A stretch of 64,000 bases of DNA, taken from positions 17,424-81,423 of the forward strand of contig JBBRDK010000002.1 in assembly GCA_038203955.1 (NCBI GenBank), given 5' to 3'. Shown piece after piece: positions 32,658 through 42,689 of this stretch. The position numbers and the translations under genes are program-made. Positions within the stretch are counted from its first letter, which is position 1, and each line of letters opens with the position of its first letter. The stretch comes from Thermoanaerobaculia bacterium. GTDB lineage: Bacteria > Acidobacteriota > Thermoanaerobaculia > UBA5066 > Gp7-AA6. Under the pieces are notes generated by a model. It was not told the DNA's origin. It made no database searches and was given only the letters and a program-made list of their open reading frames with translations.

Positions 32658-33659
32658 GCCGACGACCGGCGCGAGCAGGCGCACCTCGCGGACGAGCTCG
32701 GTGAACATGTCGGGAAGCAGCGACTGCGGCCCATCCGACAGGGCGGACTCCGGATGCGCGTGGACTTCGATCAGCAGTCCGTCCGCGCCGCAGGCGACGG
32801 CCGCTCGAGAGAGAGGGAGGACCTTCTGGCGCTTCCCGGTCCCGTGAGACGGGTCGACCAGGATCGGGAGGTGCGAGATGCGCCGCACGTAGGGGATGGC
32901 GGCGAGATCGAGGGTGTTCCTCGTGTGGTCCGCGAACGTGCGGACTCCGCGCTCGCAGAGAATGACCTCGTAGTTGCCTTCCGACAGGAGGTACTCGGCC
33001 GAGAGAAGCAGCTCCTCGATCGTGGCGGACATCCCGCGCTTCAACAGGACCGGCTTGCGCATCTGGCCGACTTTTCGCAGCAGGGAGAAATTCTGCATGT
33101 TTCGCGCGCCGATCTGAAGGCAGTCGGCGTACTCCGCGACCGTCTCCGCCGTTTCCGTGTCCAGGACCTCGGTCACGATCGGCAGCCCCGTCTCCTCGCG
33201 CACCTTCGCCAGGATCCTGAGCCCCGGCACCCCGAGGCCCTGGAACGAGTAGGGCGACGTCCGCGGCTTGAAGGCGCCCCCGCGATACAGATTCGCGCCC
33301 GCCGCCTTGACCAGGTGGCCGATCTCCAGGGCCTGCGCTTCCGACTCGACGGCGCACGGACCGGCGACGATCGCGAGATGCTTCCCTCCCACGGGCACGC
33401 CCCGGATCGAGACGACCGTGTCCTCGCGCTTGGCTTCCCGGGAAACGAGCTTGTACGGCGCGGAGACCGGGATGACCTCGGCGACGCCCGGGAGGTTCTC
33501 GAAGGCGCCCGCTTCGACGGTGCCGCGATTGCCCGTGATTCCGATCGCCGTGCGCTGCGCGCCCGGAATCGGATGCGCGTCGAGTCCCAGTCCCTGGACC
33601 GTTTCGACGACGCGCCGGACATCCTCGGCACTGGCCCCCGCGTCCATGACGATTAGCAT
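32646..33659 (-). CDS. 3-deoxy-7-phosphoheptulonate (DAHP) synthase, type I-beta, with N-terminal ferredoxin-like/ACT regulatory domain
   Basis: KDO8PS/DAHPS Ibeta core ([12 protein letters not shown]...[21 protein letters not shown]...) preceded by a ~70-aa domain [33 protein letters not shown]. Confidence 0.8.
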   Translation of the reverse strand: MLIVMDAGASAEDVRRVVETVQGLGLDAHPIPGAQRTAIGITGNRGTVEAGAFENLPGVAEVIPVSAPYKLVSREAKREDTVVSIRGVPVGGKHLAIVAGPCAVESEAQALEIGHLVKAAGANLYRGGAFKPRTSPYSFQGLGVPGLRILAKVREETGLPIVTEVLDTETAETVAEYADCLQIGARNMQNFSLLRKVGQMRKPVLLKRGMSATIEELLLSAEYLLSEGNYEVILCERGVRTFADHTRNTLDLAAIPYVRRISHLPILVDPSHGTGKRQKVLPLSRAAVACGADGLLIEVHAHPESALSDGPQSLLPDMFTELVREVRLLAPVVGRTA

Positions 33660-33720
33660 CGGGGTGCTATCATCATGGTCCGGATCACACCCTGTCAAAC
33701 TCGTCGAAAGGCAGCCCGGA

Positions 33721-34464
33721 ATGAGACGGATCGCTCTTTCACGGCTCCCGTCGCGGCTCGCATGCGTCGCGGTGGCCGCGCTTTTGTTTTCCTCTACGCT
33801 CCTCGCTTACAACGTCAAGCTGAAGGACGGGTCGATCATTTTCGCCCGCACGAAGTACGAGGTGAAGGGCAAGAAGGCCATCATCACTCTCCAGAACGGG
33901 ACCGTCACGAGCTACGACCTCTCGCAGATCGACATCCCGGGAACCGAGCAGTACAACAAGGACAACCCGGGCAACGTGCTCGTGATCGACAACACCGGCG
34001 ACAGTCAGCTCGCGGTCCCGCTCCCGACCGCCAATCCGACGGTCAGCCTGCAGGACGTGATCCGCAAGAAGAAGGTCTCTCTGGATACCCGGACGGGGCG
34101 CAACACGGCCGCCGAGAACGCCGCCGCCGCGTCCATGCAGGTCGACGCGGCCGTGGATCAGGCGTTCCGGAAGGTCCTCGACGGCGCCGGCATCGCCCAG
34201 TACAGACTCACCTCGACGCGAGGCAAGATCCGCTTTCTCGCGACGACCAACAACGAAGAGACGGTGTTCAACACGATTTCGGCGGCCGCCCGAGCCGTGG
34301 CCGACCTCGCCGCGAGAGGACGGGACATTTCCGCGGAGATCGTGCTGACCACCTCCGGCGGCGAGTCGGGCGGCGTTTTCGAGATGAATGCCGACCAGGC
34401 GCGCCTGATCGTCAACGGCAACATCACCGTCGCGGATTATTTCCTGAAGAACGTGATCCTCTGA
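33721..34464 (+). CDS. secreted hypothetical protein
   Basis: Signal peptide MRRIALSRLPSRLACVAVAALLFSSTLLA; 247 aa; no motif I can name. Confidence 0.55.
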   Translation: MRRIALSRLPSRLACVAVAALLFSSTLLAYNVKLKDGSIIFARTKYEVKGKKAIITLQNGTVTSYDLSQIDIPGTEQYNKDNPGNVLVIDNTGDSQLAVPLPTANPTVSLQDVIRKKKVSLDTRTGRNTAAENAAAASMQVDAAVDQAFRKVLDGAGIAQYRLTSTRGKIRFLATTNNEETVFNTISAAARAVADLAARGRDISAEIVLTTSGGESGGVFEMNADQARLIVNGNITVADYFLKNVIL

Positions 34465-34533
34465 CCCTCTGACCCTCTGCCCCGCGCGCCGCAGGGCGTT
34501 TCGGGGAGACGCGGTCCGGCATCGAGGAAAGAC

Positions 34534-34974
34534 ATGGCTCAGGCGCATCCCCAGAACTACAAGAATCACCGGCGGTTCATCCCGATCTACCACCTCGTGG
34601 CGTTCGGAATTCTCGCGATCAACGCGATCTACGCGCTCGTCCGTCTGGTTCGGGTTCCATCCTGGGAATCCGGCCTCTCTCTCGCGGTCGCCTTTGCGCT
34701 GCTCTGTCTCTTCTTCTTCTCGAGAGTCTTCGCCTTGACCGTTCAGGATCGGGTGATCCGCCTCGAGATGCGGCAGCGGCTCACCGCGATTCTTCCGGCG
34801 GACCTGCGCGGGCGGATCGAAGAGCTGAACCGGGACCAGCTCGTCGCGCTCCGTTTCGCGGGCGACGGTGAGATGTCCGACCTCGTTCGGGAGGTCTTGA
34901 CGAACAAGATCGTCAACCGCGATGAGATCAAGAAGCGGATCAAGGACTGGCAGGCCGACTACTTCAGGTGCTGA
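34534..34974 (+). CDS. hypothetical membrane protein (2 TM)
   Basis: RBS GAGGAAAGAC before the ATG; two hydrophobic helices followed by a charged C-terminal domain. Confidence 0.55.
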   Translation: MAQAHPQNYKNHRRFIPIYHLVAFGILAINAIYALVRLVRVPSWESGLSLAVAFALLCLFFFSRVFALTVQDRVIRLEMRQRLTAILPADLRGRIEELNRDQLVALRFAGDGEMSDLVREVLTNKIVNRDEIKKRIKDWQADYFRC

Positions 34975-35036
34975 GGAGCTCTCAGCTCTCAGCTCTCAGC
35001 TCTCAGCTCTCAGCTCTCAGCTCTCAGCTCTCAGTC
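34975..35036. repeat. tandem heptamer array (GAGCTCT / CTCAGCT) x ~8
   Basis: Perfect period-7 array between convergent genes; it supplies the TGA stop of the minus-strand gene 35024-35722. Confidence 0.95.
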
Positions 35037-35722
35037 CTGAGTCCCCTGGTCTCCGCCTTCTTCCAGATCGCCATCTCGCGGCACAGCCACGTGCCGGCGA
35101 TCACCGCAGCGGCCCAGATGACGAAAGACAGCCCACGCGTCAACGCGGCGAGACCGCGGTCCCAGTCGAGGAGTCCGACCCGCGACAGCATCCAGTTCCA
35201 GTCGTGGATGGGATCCGGGACGAACCCCACGAGGGGAAGCTCCTGCGCCCGCGCGTCGCCGACGTACGCCGCGAGCCCGGACAGGGACGAGGCGAGCCAC
35301 GCGGCCGCGACCGTGATGCCGAACCAGTCCCGCTGACGCGCGAGCATCCATCCCGCCGCGACCGGCGCCGCCACCTGCGCCAGGCTTCCGCCCGCGATCG
35401 AGGGCCACTGCCCCGCCCAGGCGAGGACCAGGTGGCCGAGCTCGTGGAATCCGAGAGTGATTCCCCCGAAGAGGTCCGTCGAGAGCGGGTCGCGCAGCCG
35501 GCGAAGACCGGACCAGGCGAAGTAGACGACGAGGGGCGCTCGCCAGAGCCACGACCGGCCGGCGCACCATTCCCGGGCCTGCGCCTTCCAGGCGGAGAGC
35601 CGGGAGGACACGGACGCGGAGTCGATCACCGGCGGGGGGGAGGCGGGCCGAGGCGGCGATTTCCCGGCCTCGCGCGCCGTCGAGGGCGGGCGCGTCGAGG
35701 GAGGCGGGACGAACACTCCCAA
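35024..35722 (-). CDS. polytopic membrane protein with HExxH motif (possible M50/S2P-like intramembrane metalloprotease)
   Basis: GFHELGHLVLAW within a predicted TM helix; several further TM helices; N-terminus and start (TTG/GTG) uncertain. Confidence 0.4.
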   Translation of the reverse strand: MGVFVPPPSTRPPSTAREAGKSPPRPASPPPVIDSASVSSRLSAWKAQAREWCAGRSWLWRAPLVVYFAWSGLRRLRDPLSTDLFGGITLGFHELGHLVLAWAGQWPSIAGGSLAQVAAPVAAGWMLARQRDWFGITVAAAWLASSLSGLAAYVGDARAQELPLVGFVPDPIHDWNWMLSRVGLLDWDRGLAALTRGLSFVIWAAAVIAGTWLCREMAIWKKAETRGLRTES

Positions 35723-35737
35723 TGGGCGCTCGCTCCG

Positions 35738-36063
35738 TCAGGACCCTTCGAGCGTATCCGGGACCGGAGTCAGGTGGTAGCGGGCATCCTCCCCGACCGC
35801 ACGCTGGAACCGGTCCGCGAACGACGGGAGCTCTCCGGCCGGCTCGTCCGCGAAGATCCGCTCGACGCGGTGCAGCGGGAAGAACACGGTCGCGGGAAAA
35901 AACGTGAGCGGCTCCTTGTGCGCGAGCTCTCTCACCCACCCCTCGAACCCTTCGAGCGAGAGCCCCCGGACGATGACGCCGGTCGCGTCTCTCTCCCGCA
36001 GAAGTCCCCAGAACTTCTCGCGCGGGTTGACCAGGGCGACCAGGACGAAGTCGCCCGGCTTCA
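35738..36063 (-). CDS. hypothetical protein (108 aa)
   Basis: ATG overlaps the mce stop (ATGA); MKPGDFVLVALVNPREKFWGLL...; no motif I can name. Confidence 0.5.
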
Positions 36064-36468
36064 TGGCGCCGCCGCCTGCGACAACTCGATCAAGAGGCCG
36101 TGGCCGGCATCCGGATGGAGGAACGCGATCTTCTTTCCGTCGGCTCCGGCCACGGCGGCGCGGTGCAGGAGACGGAAACCCCGGGAGGCGAGATCTTCGA
36201 GCGCCTTCTCGATGTCGTCGACGGAGAAGCACACGTGGTGGACCCCCGGCCCGCGCTTCACGAGGAACTTCGCGACCGGCGAATCCTCCGCCGTGGGCTC
36301 GAGCAGCTCGATCCGGCTCTCCCCGACCGGGAGAAACGCCGTCCGCACTTTCTGCGACGGCAACTCCTCGCGGTACGCGACTTCGAGGCCGAGCGCGGCG
36401 TAGATGTCGAGCGTGTCGTCGATCGAGACGACCGCCACACCGATGTGGTCGATCCTGTAGGCGGACAT
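36061..36468 (-). CDS. mce: methylmalonyl-CoA epimerase (VOC/glyoxalase family)
   Basis: IDHIGVAV...HHVCFSV...IAFLHP metal-binding pattern of MCE; 135 aa. Confidence 0.8.
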   Translation of the reverse strand: MSAYRIDHIGVAVVSIDDTLDIYAALGLEVAYREELPSQKVRTAFLPVGESRIELLEPTAEDSPVAKFLVKRGPGVHHVCFSVDDIEKALEDLASRGFRLLHRAAVAGADGKKIAFLHPDAGHGLLIELSQAAAP

Positions 36469-36473
36469 GGAAA

Positions 36474-36507
36474 AGAAGTTATCAGTTGTCAGTTTTCAGT
36501 TTTCAGA
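36474..36507. repeat. heptamer array (TCAGTTN)x4
   Basis: tatcagttgtcagttttcagttttcag between the meaB stop and the mce start. Confidence 0.85.
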
Positions 36508-37479
36508 ACCACGCCTGCGAACGACTTCGCCGAAGAGGCGCGCCGAGGCGGCGTGAGGATCTTCCTGGCGGGCCGCGACGCGCGCCACCGCCTCTGCCAG
36601 GCTGCCGCCGGCGCGCGAGGGCGTCTCGACCTCCCGCCGAAACCGCTCGTCGAGAACGGCTAAGAGACGCGCCCGCGCGCGGCGCTGCGCCCGCCTCTCG
36701 CCTTCTCCTCCCGAGCGGAGGTGTTCGGCGTGGCGCTCGAACGCGTCGAGCGCTTCAGGAACTCCGGCGGCCGAGGGGGCGACCGTCCGGATGATCGGAG
36801 GGCGCCAGCCGGAAACGGGGGAGAGGTCGAGCATCATCGAGAGCTCCGTCTCGGTGCGGGAAGCCCCCTCGCGGTCGGCCTTGTTGACGACGAAGACGTC
36901 CGCGATCTCGAGAATCCCGGCCTTGATCGCCTGGATGTCGTCTCCGAGCCCCGGCACGAGGACGACGGCGACGGTCTCCGCCGCTTTCACGATGTCGACC
37001 TCGCCCTGCCCGACTCCGACGGTCTCGAGGATCACGACGTCGTAGCCGGCCGCATCCAGGACGTCGGCGGCGTCCCAGGTGGCTCGCGCGAGCCCTCCGA
37101 GCGCACCGCGCGTCGCCATCGACCGGATGAAAACTCCCGGGTCCGTGTAGATCTCCGCCATGCGGATGCGATCTCCGAGGATCGCGCCTCCCGTGTACGG
37201 CGACGAGGGATCGACGGCGATGATGCCGACCCGGCGGCCGCCGGCGCGGTAGGCCTGAGCCAGCCGCTGCACCAGGGTCGACTTTCCGGCTCCGGGCGGT
37301 CCCGTGATCCCGAGAGTGCGCGCGCGCCCCGTGTGCGGGAAGAGCGCGGCAAGAAGATCGGGGGCGCCTCCGTCGCGCTCGAGCGCGGAGATCGCGCGCC
37401 CGATCGCGCGGGGGTTTCCGGCGAGGACCCCTTCCCCGATCTCGGGAATTCCCGGACGCACACGCGAGCGGGCGGTCAA
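36496..37479 (-). CDS. meaB: methylmalonyl-CoA mutase-associated GTPase MeaB/ArgK
   Basis: GITGPPGAGKSTL P-loop, VGVGQ, NKAD motifs; 327 aa. Confidence 0.85.
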   Translation of the reverse strand: MTARSRVRPGIPEIGEGVLAGNPRAIGRAISALERDGGAPDLLAALFPHTGRARTLGITGPPGAGKSTLVQRLAQAYRAGGRRVGIIAVDPSSPYTGGAILGDRIRMAEIYTDPGVFIRSMATRGALGGLARATWDAADVLDAAGYDVVILETVGVGQGEVDIVKAAETVAVVLVPGLGDDIQAIKAGILEIADVFVVNKADREGASRTETELSMMLDLSPVSGWRPPIIRTVAPSAAGVPEALDAFERHAEHLRSGGEGERRAQRRARARLLAVLDERFRREVETPSRAGGSLAEAVARVAARQEDPHAASARLFGEVVRRRGSEN

Positions 37480-37486
37480 AACGGGA

Positions 37487-38629
37487 TCAGGAACCGAGGA
37501 GGCTGCGCGCGATCACGAGCCGCTGTATCTCGCTCGTCCCCTCGCCGATCGTGCAGAGCTTCACGTCGCGGTAGAATTTCTCGACCGGGTAGTCCTTGAT
37601 GAAGCCGTAGCCTCCATGGATCTGGATGGCCTTCTCGGTGGCGCGCACGGCGACTTCCGAGGCGTAGAGCTTCGCCTGGGCGGAGAAGCGCGTCACCTCC
37701 TCGCCCGAATCCTTCGCTGCGGCCGCCCGCATCGTCAGGAGCCGCGCCGCGTCGATCTCCGTCGCCATGTCCGCGAGATAGAACTGGATCGCCTCGAATT
37801 CGGAAATCGGGCGGCCGAACTGGCGGCGCTGCTGCGCGTACCGGAGGGACGCCTCGTAGGCCCCGCGGGCGATTCCGATCGAGAGCGCCGCGATCGAGAT
37901 CCTTCCGCCGTCCAAGACCTTCATCGAGTCCACGAACCCGCTGCCCTCTTTTCCGAGCAGGTTCTCCGCGGGAATGCGGCAGTCCTCCATGACGAGCGTG
38001 CACGTGTCCGAAGCGCGCATGCCGAGCTTGTTTTCCTTCTTGCCGACCCGGATTCCCGGATTGTCGAGCTCGACGATGAAGGCGGAGATCCCGTGCTTGC
38101 CCGCCGGGCGGTCGGTCACCGCCATGAGAACCGCGACGCGCGCCACCGACGCGTTCGTGATGAAGTTCTTCGACCCGTTCAGCACCCAGTCGTTGCCGTC
38201 GCGAACGGCGGTCGTCTTCGTCCCGCTCGCGTCGGACCCCGCCTCGGGCTCCGTGAGCCCCCATGCCGCGAGCCACTCCCCCGACGCCAGCTTCGGAATG
38301 TAGCGGCGCCGCTGGGCCTCGCTGCCGAATTGAAAGATGTGATTCGACCCGAGCGAATTGTGGGCGGCCAGAGACAGGGCGATCGAGGCGTCCACGGCTG
38401 CAAGCTCCTCGACGATCGCGGCGTAGTCGCCGTACGAGAGGGCCGAGCCTCCGTACTCTTCCGGGAAGAGCACGCCCAGGAATCCGAGCTCACCCAGCTG
38501 CCGGAAGACGTCGAGGGGAAAATGCTGCGTCTCGTCCCACTCCATGACATGGGGCCGGATCTCCGCATCGGCGAACTCGCGGACCGACTGGAGAATGGCG
38601 TCCCGCTCGGCAACCTGGGTCGTCGTCAT
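37487..38629 (-). CDS. acyl-CoA dehydrogenase (short/branched-chain type)
   Basis: [26 protein letters not shown]..., catalytic region ...IQIHGGYGF...; 380 aa. Confidence 0.9.
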   Translation of the reverse strand: MTTTQVAERDAILQSVREFADAEIRPHVMEWDETQHFPLDVFRQLGELGFLGVLFPEEYGGSALSYGDYAAIVEELAAVDASIALSLAAHNSLGSNHIFQFGSEAQRRRYIPKLASGEWLAAWGLTEPEAGSDASGTKTTAVRDGNDWVLNGSKNFITNASVARVAVLMAVTDRPAGKHGISAFIVELDNPGIRVGKKENKLGMRASDTCTLVMEDCRIPAENLLGKEGSGFVDSMKVLDGGRISIAALSIGIARGAYEASLRYAQQRRQFGRPISEFEAIQFYLADMATEIDAARLLTMRAAAAKDSGEEVTRFSAQAKLYASEVAVRATEKAIQIHGGYGFIKDYPVEKFYRDVKLCTIGEGTSEIQRLVIARSLLGS

Positions 38630-38813
38630 TTCCCTATTCTAAACGGCGGGACCCGCTTTCGGGACGCAACCCCCGGCCTCCCCGCGCGGCCCCGGAAAAA
38701 GCCCTCTTGAATGCTTGCGTCCGAAACATTCTTGTGGGACGTTGCGGGCACAGGCGCCCCGGGGCAGGGCGCAATCGCGTGAGGGTGTTCTAGAGCGAAC
38801 CGAGGAGGTCGAT

Positions 38814-40334
38814 ATGTTTCCTGGGAAATCCCTGAGAATCGCGGTTTCGATCGCTGTCGCCCTCGCGTTCGGCGCGCTTCTGGCGCCGGCAGACGCGGCG
38901 GCGCAAACGGGCACGGTGCTCGCGACCGGCCTGAAGGCGCCGATGAAAATCTCGTTTACGCCCGCCGGCAACCTCCTCGTCTCCGAGGCGGGCACCGGGC
39001 CGAACACGGGCCGCCTCTCCCTCGTCAAGCGCGACGGAACCCGGACTACGATCCTGGACGGCCTGCCGTCCGGCCTTTCCGCCGTGGGAGGCAACGCGCC
39101 GTCGGGGCCCGCCGGCATCGAGCAGCTGGGAGACTCCTGGTTCCTGGCAATCGGCGCCGGCGACGAGAGCCTCCCCGGCGCGACGCCCGGCGTCGAGATC
39201 GCCAATCCGAACCCCGCCTCGCCGATCTTGAGCTCGGTCCTCAAGCTGCGTTTTAGCGCCTCGATCGACTCCACCTTCGGGAACTTCGTCATGACCCCGA
39301 CGCAGCACGCCGCGTTGAAGGGCGGAAGCGCGCTCGTCATCAACAACCCCGCGGGCGAAAACCTCCACGTCTCGCTGCTAGTCGACTTTCCGGACCTGAC
39401 CGGCCCGCGCTCCTCCAATCCGTTCGGAATCCTGGCGTTCGGAGGCCGCCTCTACGTCGTCGACGCGAGCCTGAACGCGATCCAGAACGTCGATCCCAAC
39501 ACGGGCGTCTACGTGACCGCCGCCACGTTCGCGCCGCTCTCGAATCCCTCGCCCCCGCCCCCCGTCGTGGACGCGGTGCCGGACAGCATCCGGACCACGA
39601 ACGGCCAGTTCCTGGTCTCCTTCCTCACGGGATTCCCCTTCGCGCCCGGCCGCGCGGAAGTCCGGCTCGTGGATCCGGCGACGGGAGCCAGCACGGCGCT
39701 TCTGACCGGTCTGAACTCGGCGATCGACGTCCTGCCCGTGGTGGGCGGCGCCAACGAGTATCTCGCGCTCGAGTTCAGCGTGAATCAGTCGGCCAATGCG
39801 CCCGGACGGCTCCTCCTGTTCAATCCCGCCTCGGCGCCTCCGACCGTCGTGGCGTCGGATCTCATCACGCCAACGAACATGGCGTTCGATCGCACGAGCC
39901 GCGAGCTCTTCGTGACGGAATTCGGGCCGGGGCGCATCCGCAGGCTCACCCTGGGCGGCGTGATTCCTGCGCTCCCGTGCGGCCTCGGGTCGACCACCCT
40001 GTGCCTCGGCGGCGGACGGTTCCAGGTCCAGGCGGCCTGGAGGAGCGGCCAGGCGTCCGGGGTGGGCATTCCGGTCGCCCTGACGGACACGACCGGGCAC
40101 TTCTGGTTCTTCAGCGCCGACAACGTGGAAGTGTTCGTGAAGGTCGTGCGAGGCTGCGCATTCAACTCCAAGTTCTGGGTCTTCGCGGGCGGGATGACGA
40201 ACGTGGAGGTCACCCTGACGGTCACCGACACGCAAACGGGCGTCGTCAGGACGTACGTGAATCCGCTCAACACGCCCTTCGCGCCGATCCAGGACACGAA
40301 CGCGTTCGGCGGGTGCCCGTTTAACTTCCCGTAG
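38814..40334 (+). CDS. secreted beta-propeller-like hypothetical protein with a Cys-containing ~110-aa C-terminal domain
   Basis: Signal peptide MFPGKSLRIAVSIAVALAFGALLAPADAAAQ; repetitive G/T/P-rich beta-strand segments; C-terminal CGLGSTTLCLGGGRFQVQAAW...GCAFNSKFWVF...GGCPF. Confidence 0.6.
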   Translation: MFPGKSLRIAVSIAVALAFGALLAPADAAAQTGTVLATGLKAPMKISFTPAGNLLVSEAGTGPNTGRLSLVKRDGTRTTILDGLPSGLSAVGGNAPSGPAGIEQLGDSWFLAIGAGDESLPGATPGVEIANPNPASPILSSVLKLRFSASIDSTFGNFVMTPTQHAALKGGSALVINNPAGENLHVSLLVDFPDLTGPRSSNPFGILAFGGRLYVVDASLNAIQNVDPNTGVYVTAATFAPLSNPSPPPPVVDAVPDSIRTTNGQFLVSFLTGFPFAPGRAEVRLVDPATGASTALLTGLNSAIDVLPVVGGANEYLALEFSVNQSANAPGRLLLFNPASAPPTVVASDLITPTNMAFDRTSRELFVTEFGPGRIRRLTLGGVIPALPCGLGSTTLCLGGGRFQVQAAWRSGQASGVGIPVALTDTTGHFWFFSADNVEVFVKVVRGCAFNSKFWVFAGGMTNVEVTLTVTDTQTGVVRTYVNPLNTPFAPIQDTNAFGGCPFNFP

Positions 40335-40360
40335 TCCCGCGCCGGAAGAGGGCCGCGCTG

Positions 40361-40401
40361 GACGATCGACGGATCGACGGATCGACGGATCGAGGGATCG
40401 T
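40361..40401. repeat. octamer tandem array (CGACGGAT)x4 with inverted ends (GACGATC...GATCGTC)
   Basis: gacgatCGACGGATCGACGGATCGACGGATCGAGGGATcgtc between convergent genes. Confidence 0.9.
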
Positions 40402-42684
40402 CTAGCGCGTCGAGGGGGGCGCCGCGGAGAGGGTCGACGCCGGGACGATCTGGATGCCGGTGTAGTAGTGCGTCAGGATGCGGTCGTAGCTCGCGCCCGC
40501 GAGGGCCATGCCGTACGCCCCGTTCTGACACATTCCCACCCCGTGGCCCCACCCGCGTCCGAGAAAGAGAAACTCGGTCTCCCCCTGCGGTCCGCGAACC
40601 CGCTGGACGGTGAAGAGGGCGTCGGGCATCTCGAGCGCCTGGCGCAGGTCGAACCGCTTCATCGTGGCCTCCGCGGCGTCGGTCACCACGCGGATCTCGA
40701 TGACACGCCCGGACGCGCTCCGCCGAACGATCTGGATGTCGCGCACTTCGGCTCCGGCGACGCGCGCGGCCATGCGGCGAGCGAGCTCGCGGCCCGACAC
40801 GCGCCGGACCCACTCCGTCCAGGAAGATTCGCGCTCGAAGGACGGACCCGCCGCATCGAGCTCCACCCAGAGCGCCACGACGTCGGAGCCCCGCTTCCAC
40901 CACCGGAGCCGGTCTCCCGACCTCAGCGTCAGGTTCGCGGCGGCCAGGAAGCGGTCGCCGACGCGCCGCGCGAGGGGAAGCTCGGGATCGACTGGCAACC
41001 CCAGCCGGCCTTCCGCGGTCTTGACCCACACGTTGGCGCCTTCGCGCCGGAGGAAGCGGCCCGACCCCTCGACCACGCCGGCGGCGCGCACGGCCGCCGA
41101 CAGGAGGAGGCCCGCATACTCCTCTTCCGTCAGGTTGCGGTCGGGGGCGGGCAGCGATTCTCCGGCGCCGAATCGAAAGCGCAGGAGAAAGTCGTACGCC
41201 TCCCGCCCGGCTCCCCCGAGACGCCCGGAGACCGCCGGCGGCTCGGCGTAGTACCGCTCGTTCCCCGGCAGGAGGTGGGCCGCGCGGGCCGGCGCGAGCG
41301 CGAAGGCGCTCACGATCGAGGGATAGACGGCGGAGGGATGGAGCGTCGAAGGGGGCGCGCCTTCCACCGGCACTCCCGCCCAGCGCTGCGCCGTCTCGAG
41401 CGCGCCGGCTCGCGTCGCCCGCCGGCGGCCCGCGTGCTTCGTCAGGACGTAGCCGCGCCACTCTAGCCCGCTGCGGTCGCGGGCGGGCGACCGCCGGTCG
41501 AGAGCGGCGCCGGGAAGCTCGGTCGTCGCGAGCTCGCCGCACTCGACGGACACCAGGTAGGGCACCGGCGTCTCGCCGAAAACGTTCTCGACATCTTCGG
41601 TCCGGCCGCCGCACGTCGAGATGAAGAGCGCGTCGGCGAACCGCCCTCCCGAGGCGAGGGCAAGGCCGCGCGTCGCGTCGACCGCGGCGTTCGAGAGCGG
41701 GTCTTCGGCCGAGAGTCCCGAGTAGACCTGGCACTTCGGGGTGGCGCACAGGTCGTACCCTTCGCCCTCGAACTGTCCGCGGTGCGCCATCGCATACGTC
41801 CGCGCGGCGATCGACTGCGCCTTCAGGGCTTCGAGCTCGTCGAAACGCTTCGGCCCCATCTCCGCCGGAACGACCCCGTACAGGTACTCCTCGAGGTCCA
41901 CGCGGTTGACCACGTTCAAGGTCCCGCGCGCGTTCACGAGAATCCGGAGACTCCCGCGGTAGGGCTTGCCGTCCCACAGGACGGGCCCGTCGGCGCCGTC
42001 GGAGTAGACCGCGACCGGCGAGGGAAGACGCCGCGCGACACCGTCTTCGGCGGCCACCAGGATCGCCCCCGCCGCGCCGGCGGCGGCAGCCGCGCTGCCC
42101 TCCACGGGGAGAGCGTCCTGCCCCGTGGCGCGCAGCGTCGCCGCAAAGGCCTCGGCCCCCGCGCGATCCGGGAAGCTTCCGAGCAGCGCGCGATAAACGC
42201 CGCGATCCGCCGAAAACGCAACCGTGCCGGGCGTCGAGAATTCCCGCGCGAGCCGGTCGACCAGTTGCCGGGCGGGCTCCTCCTGCGAGAAGGCGCCGGC
42301 CTGCACCTGGAAGGAAACGGCCCGGCGGCCCTCGGGCCGGAGGCGCAGCGGTCCCCGGAGGATCTCGGCGCGCCCGGCGGCGGCCACGAGCCAGCGGCGG
42401 CCCGGGGGTCCGTAGACGAGCTCGGGAAGGTCGCTCTTCAACCCCACTCCGAACAGCACGCCGGACGGCGCCACGTCTGCCGGTGCGGCGAGCGGCGGCG
42501 GCGACTTCGAGCCGCGAGGGGGGGCCGGGGCCGGCGTCGGAGAAACGGCCGCCGGGGGCGCGGAGGCGCCGGGCGGCGACACGGGGCGCGGCGCCGGCAC
42601 GGAGCGCGCGCACGCGGATGCGAGACAGAGGGCCGCGAAGACCGCGCGAAAAAAGGAGGCGGGCGCCAGAGCCCGCGGGAGCAT
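40402..42684 (-). CDS. SpoIID/LytB-domain lipoprotein with SPOR domain
   Basis: Lipoprotein signal (LCLASAC); SPOR-like VQAGAFSQEEPARQLVDRL...; C-terminal SpoIID signature GRGWGHGVGMCQNGAYGMA. Confidence 0.75.
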   Translation of the reverse strand: MLPRALAPASFFRAVFAALCLASACARSVPAPRPVSPPGASAPPAAVSPTPAPAPPRGSKSPPPLAAPADVAPSGVLFGVGLKSDLPELVYGPPGRRWLVAAAGRAEILRGPLRLRPEGRRAVSFQVQAGAFSQEEPARQLVDRLAREFSTPGTVAFSADRGVYRALLGSFPDRAGAEAFAATLRATGQDALPVEGSAAAAAGAAGAILVAAEDGVARRLPSPVAVYSDGADGPVLWDGKPYRGSLRILVNARGTLNVVNRVDLEEYLYGVVPAEMGPKRFDELEALKAQSIAARTYAMAHRGQFEGEGYDLCATPKCQVYSGLSAEDPLSNAAVDATRGLALASGGRFADALFISTCGGRTEDVENVFGETPVPYLVSVECGELATTELPGAALDRRSPARDRSGLEWRGYVLTKHAGRRRATRAGALETAQRWAGVPVEGAPPSTLHPSAVYPSIVSAFALAPARAAHLLPGNERYYAEPPAVSGRLGGAGREAYDFLLRFRFGAGESLPAPDRNLTEEEYAGLLLSAAVRAAGVVEGSGRFLRREGANVWVKTAEGRLGLPVDPELPLARRVGDRFLAAANLTLRSGDRLRWWKRGSDVVALWVELDAAGPSFERESSWTEWVRRVSGRELARRMAARVAGAEVRDIQIVRRSASGRVIEIRVVTDAAEATMKRFDLRQALEMPDALFTVQRVRGPQGETEFLFLGRGWGHGVGMCQNGAYGMALAGASYDRILTHYYTGIQIVPASTLSAAPPSTR

Positions 42685-42689
42685 CGGTC

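Noticed and set aside
34968-35336. ORF encoding SSQLSALSSQLSAL...
   Set aside because: The N-terminus is just the stop-free strand of the (CTCAGCT)n array; the rest is antisense to the HExxH membrane protein.
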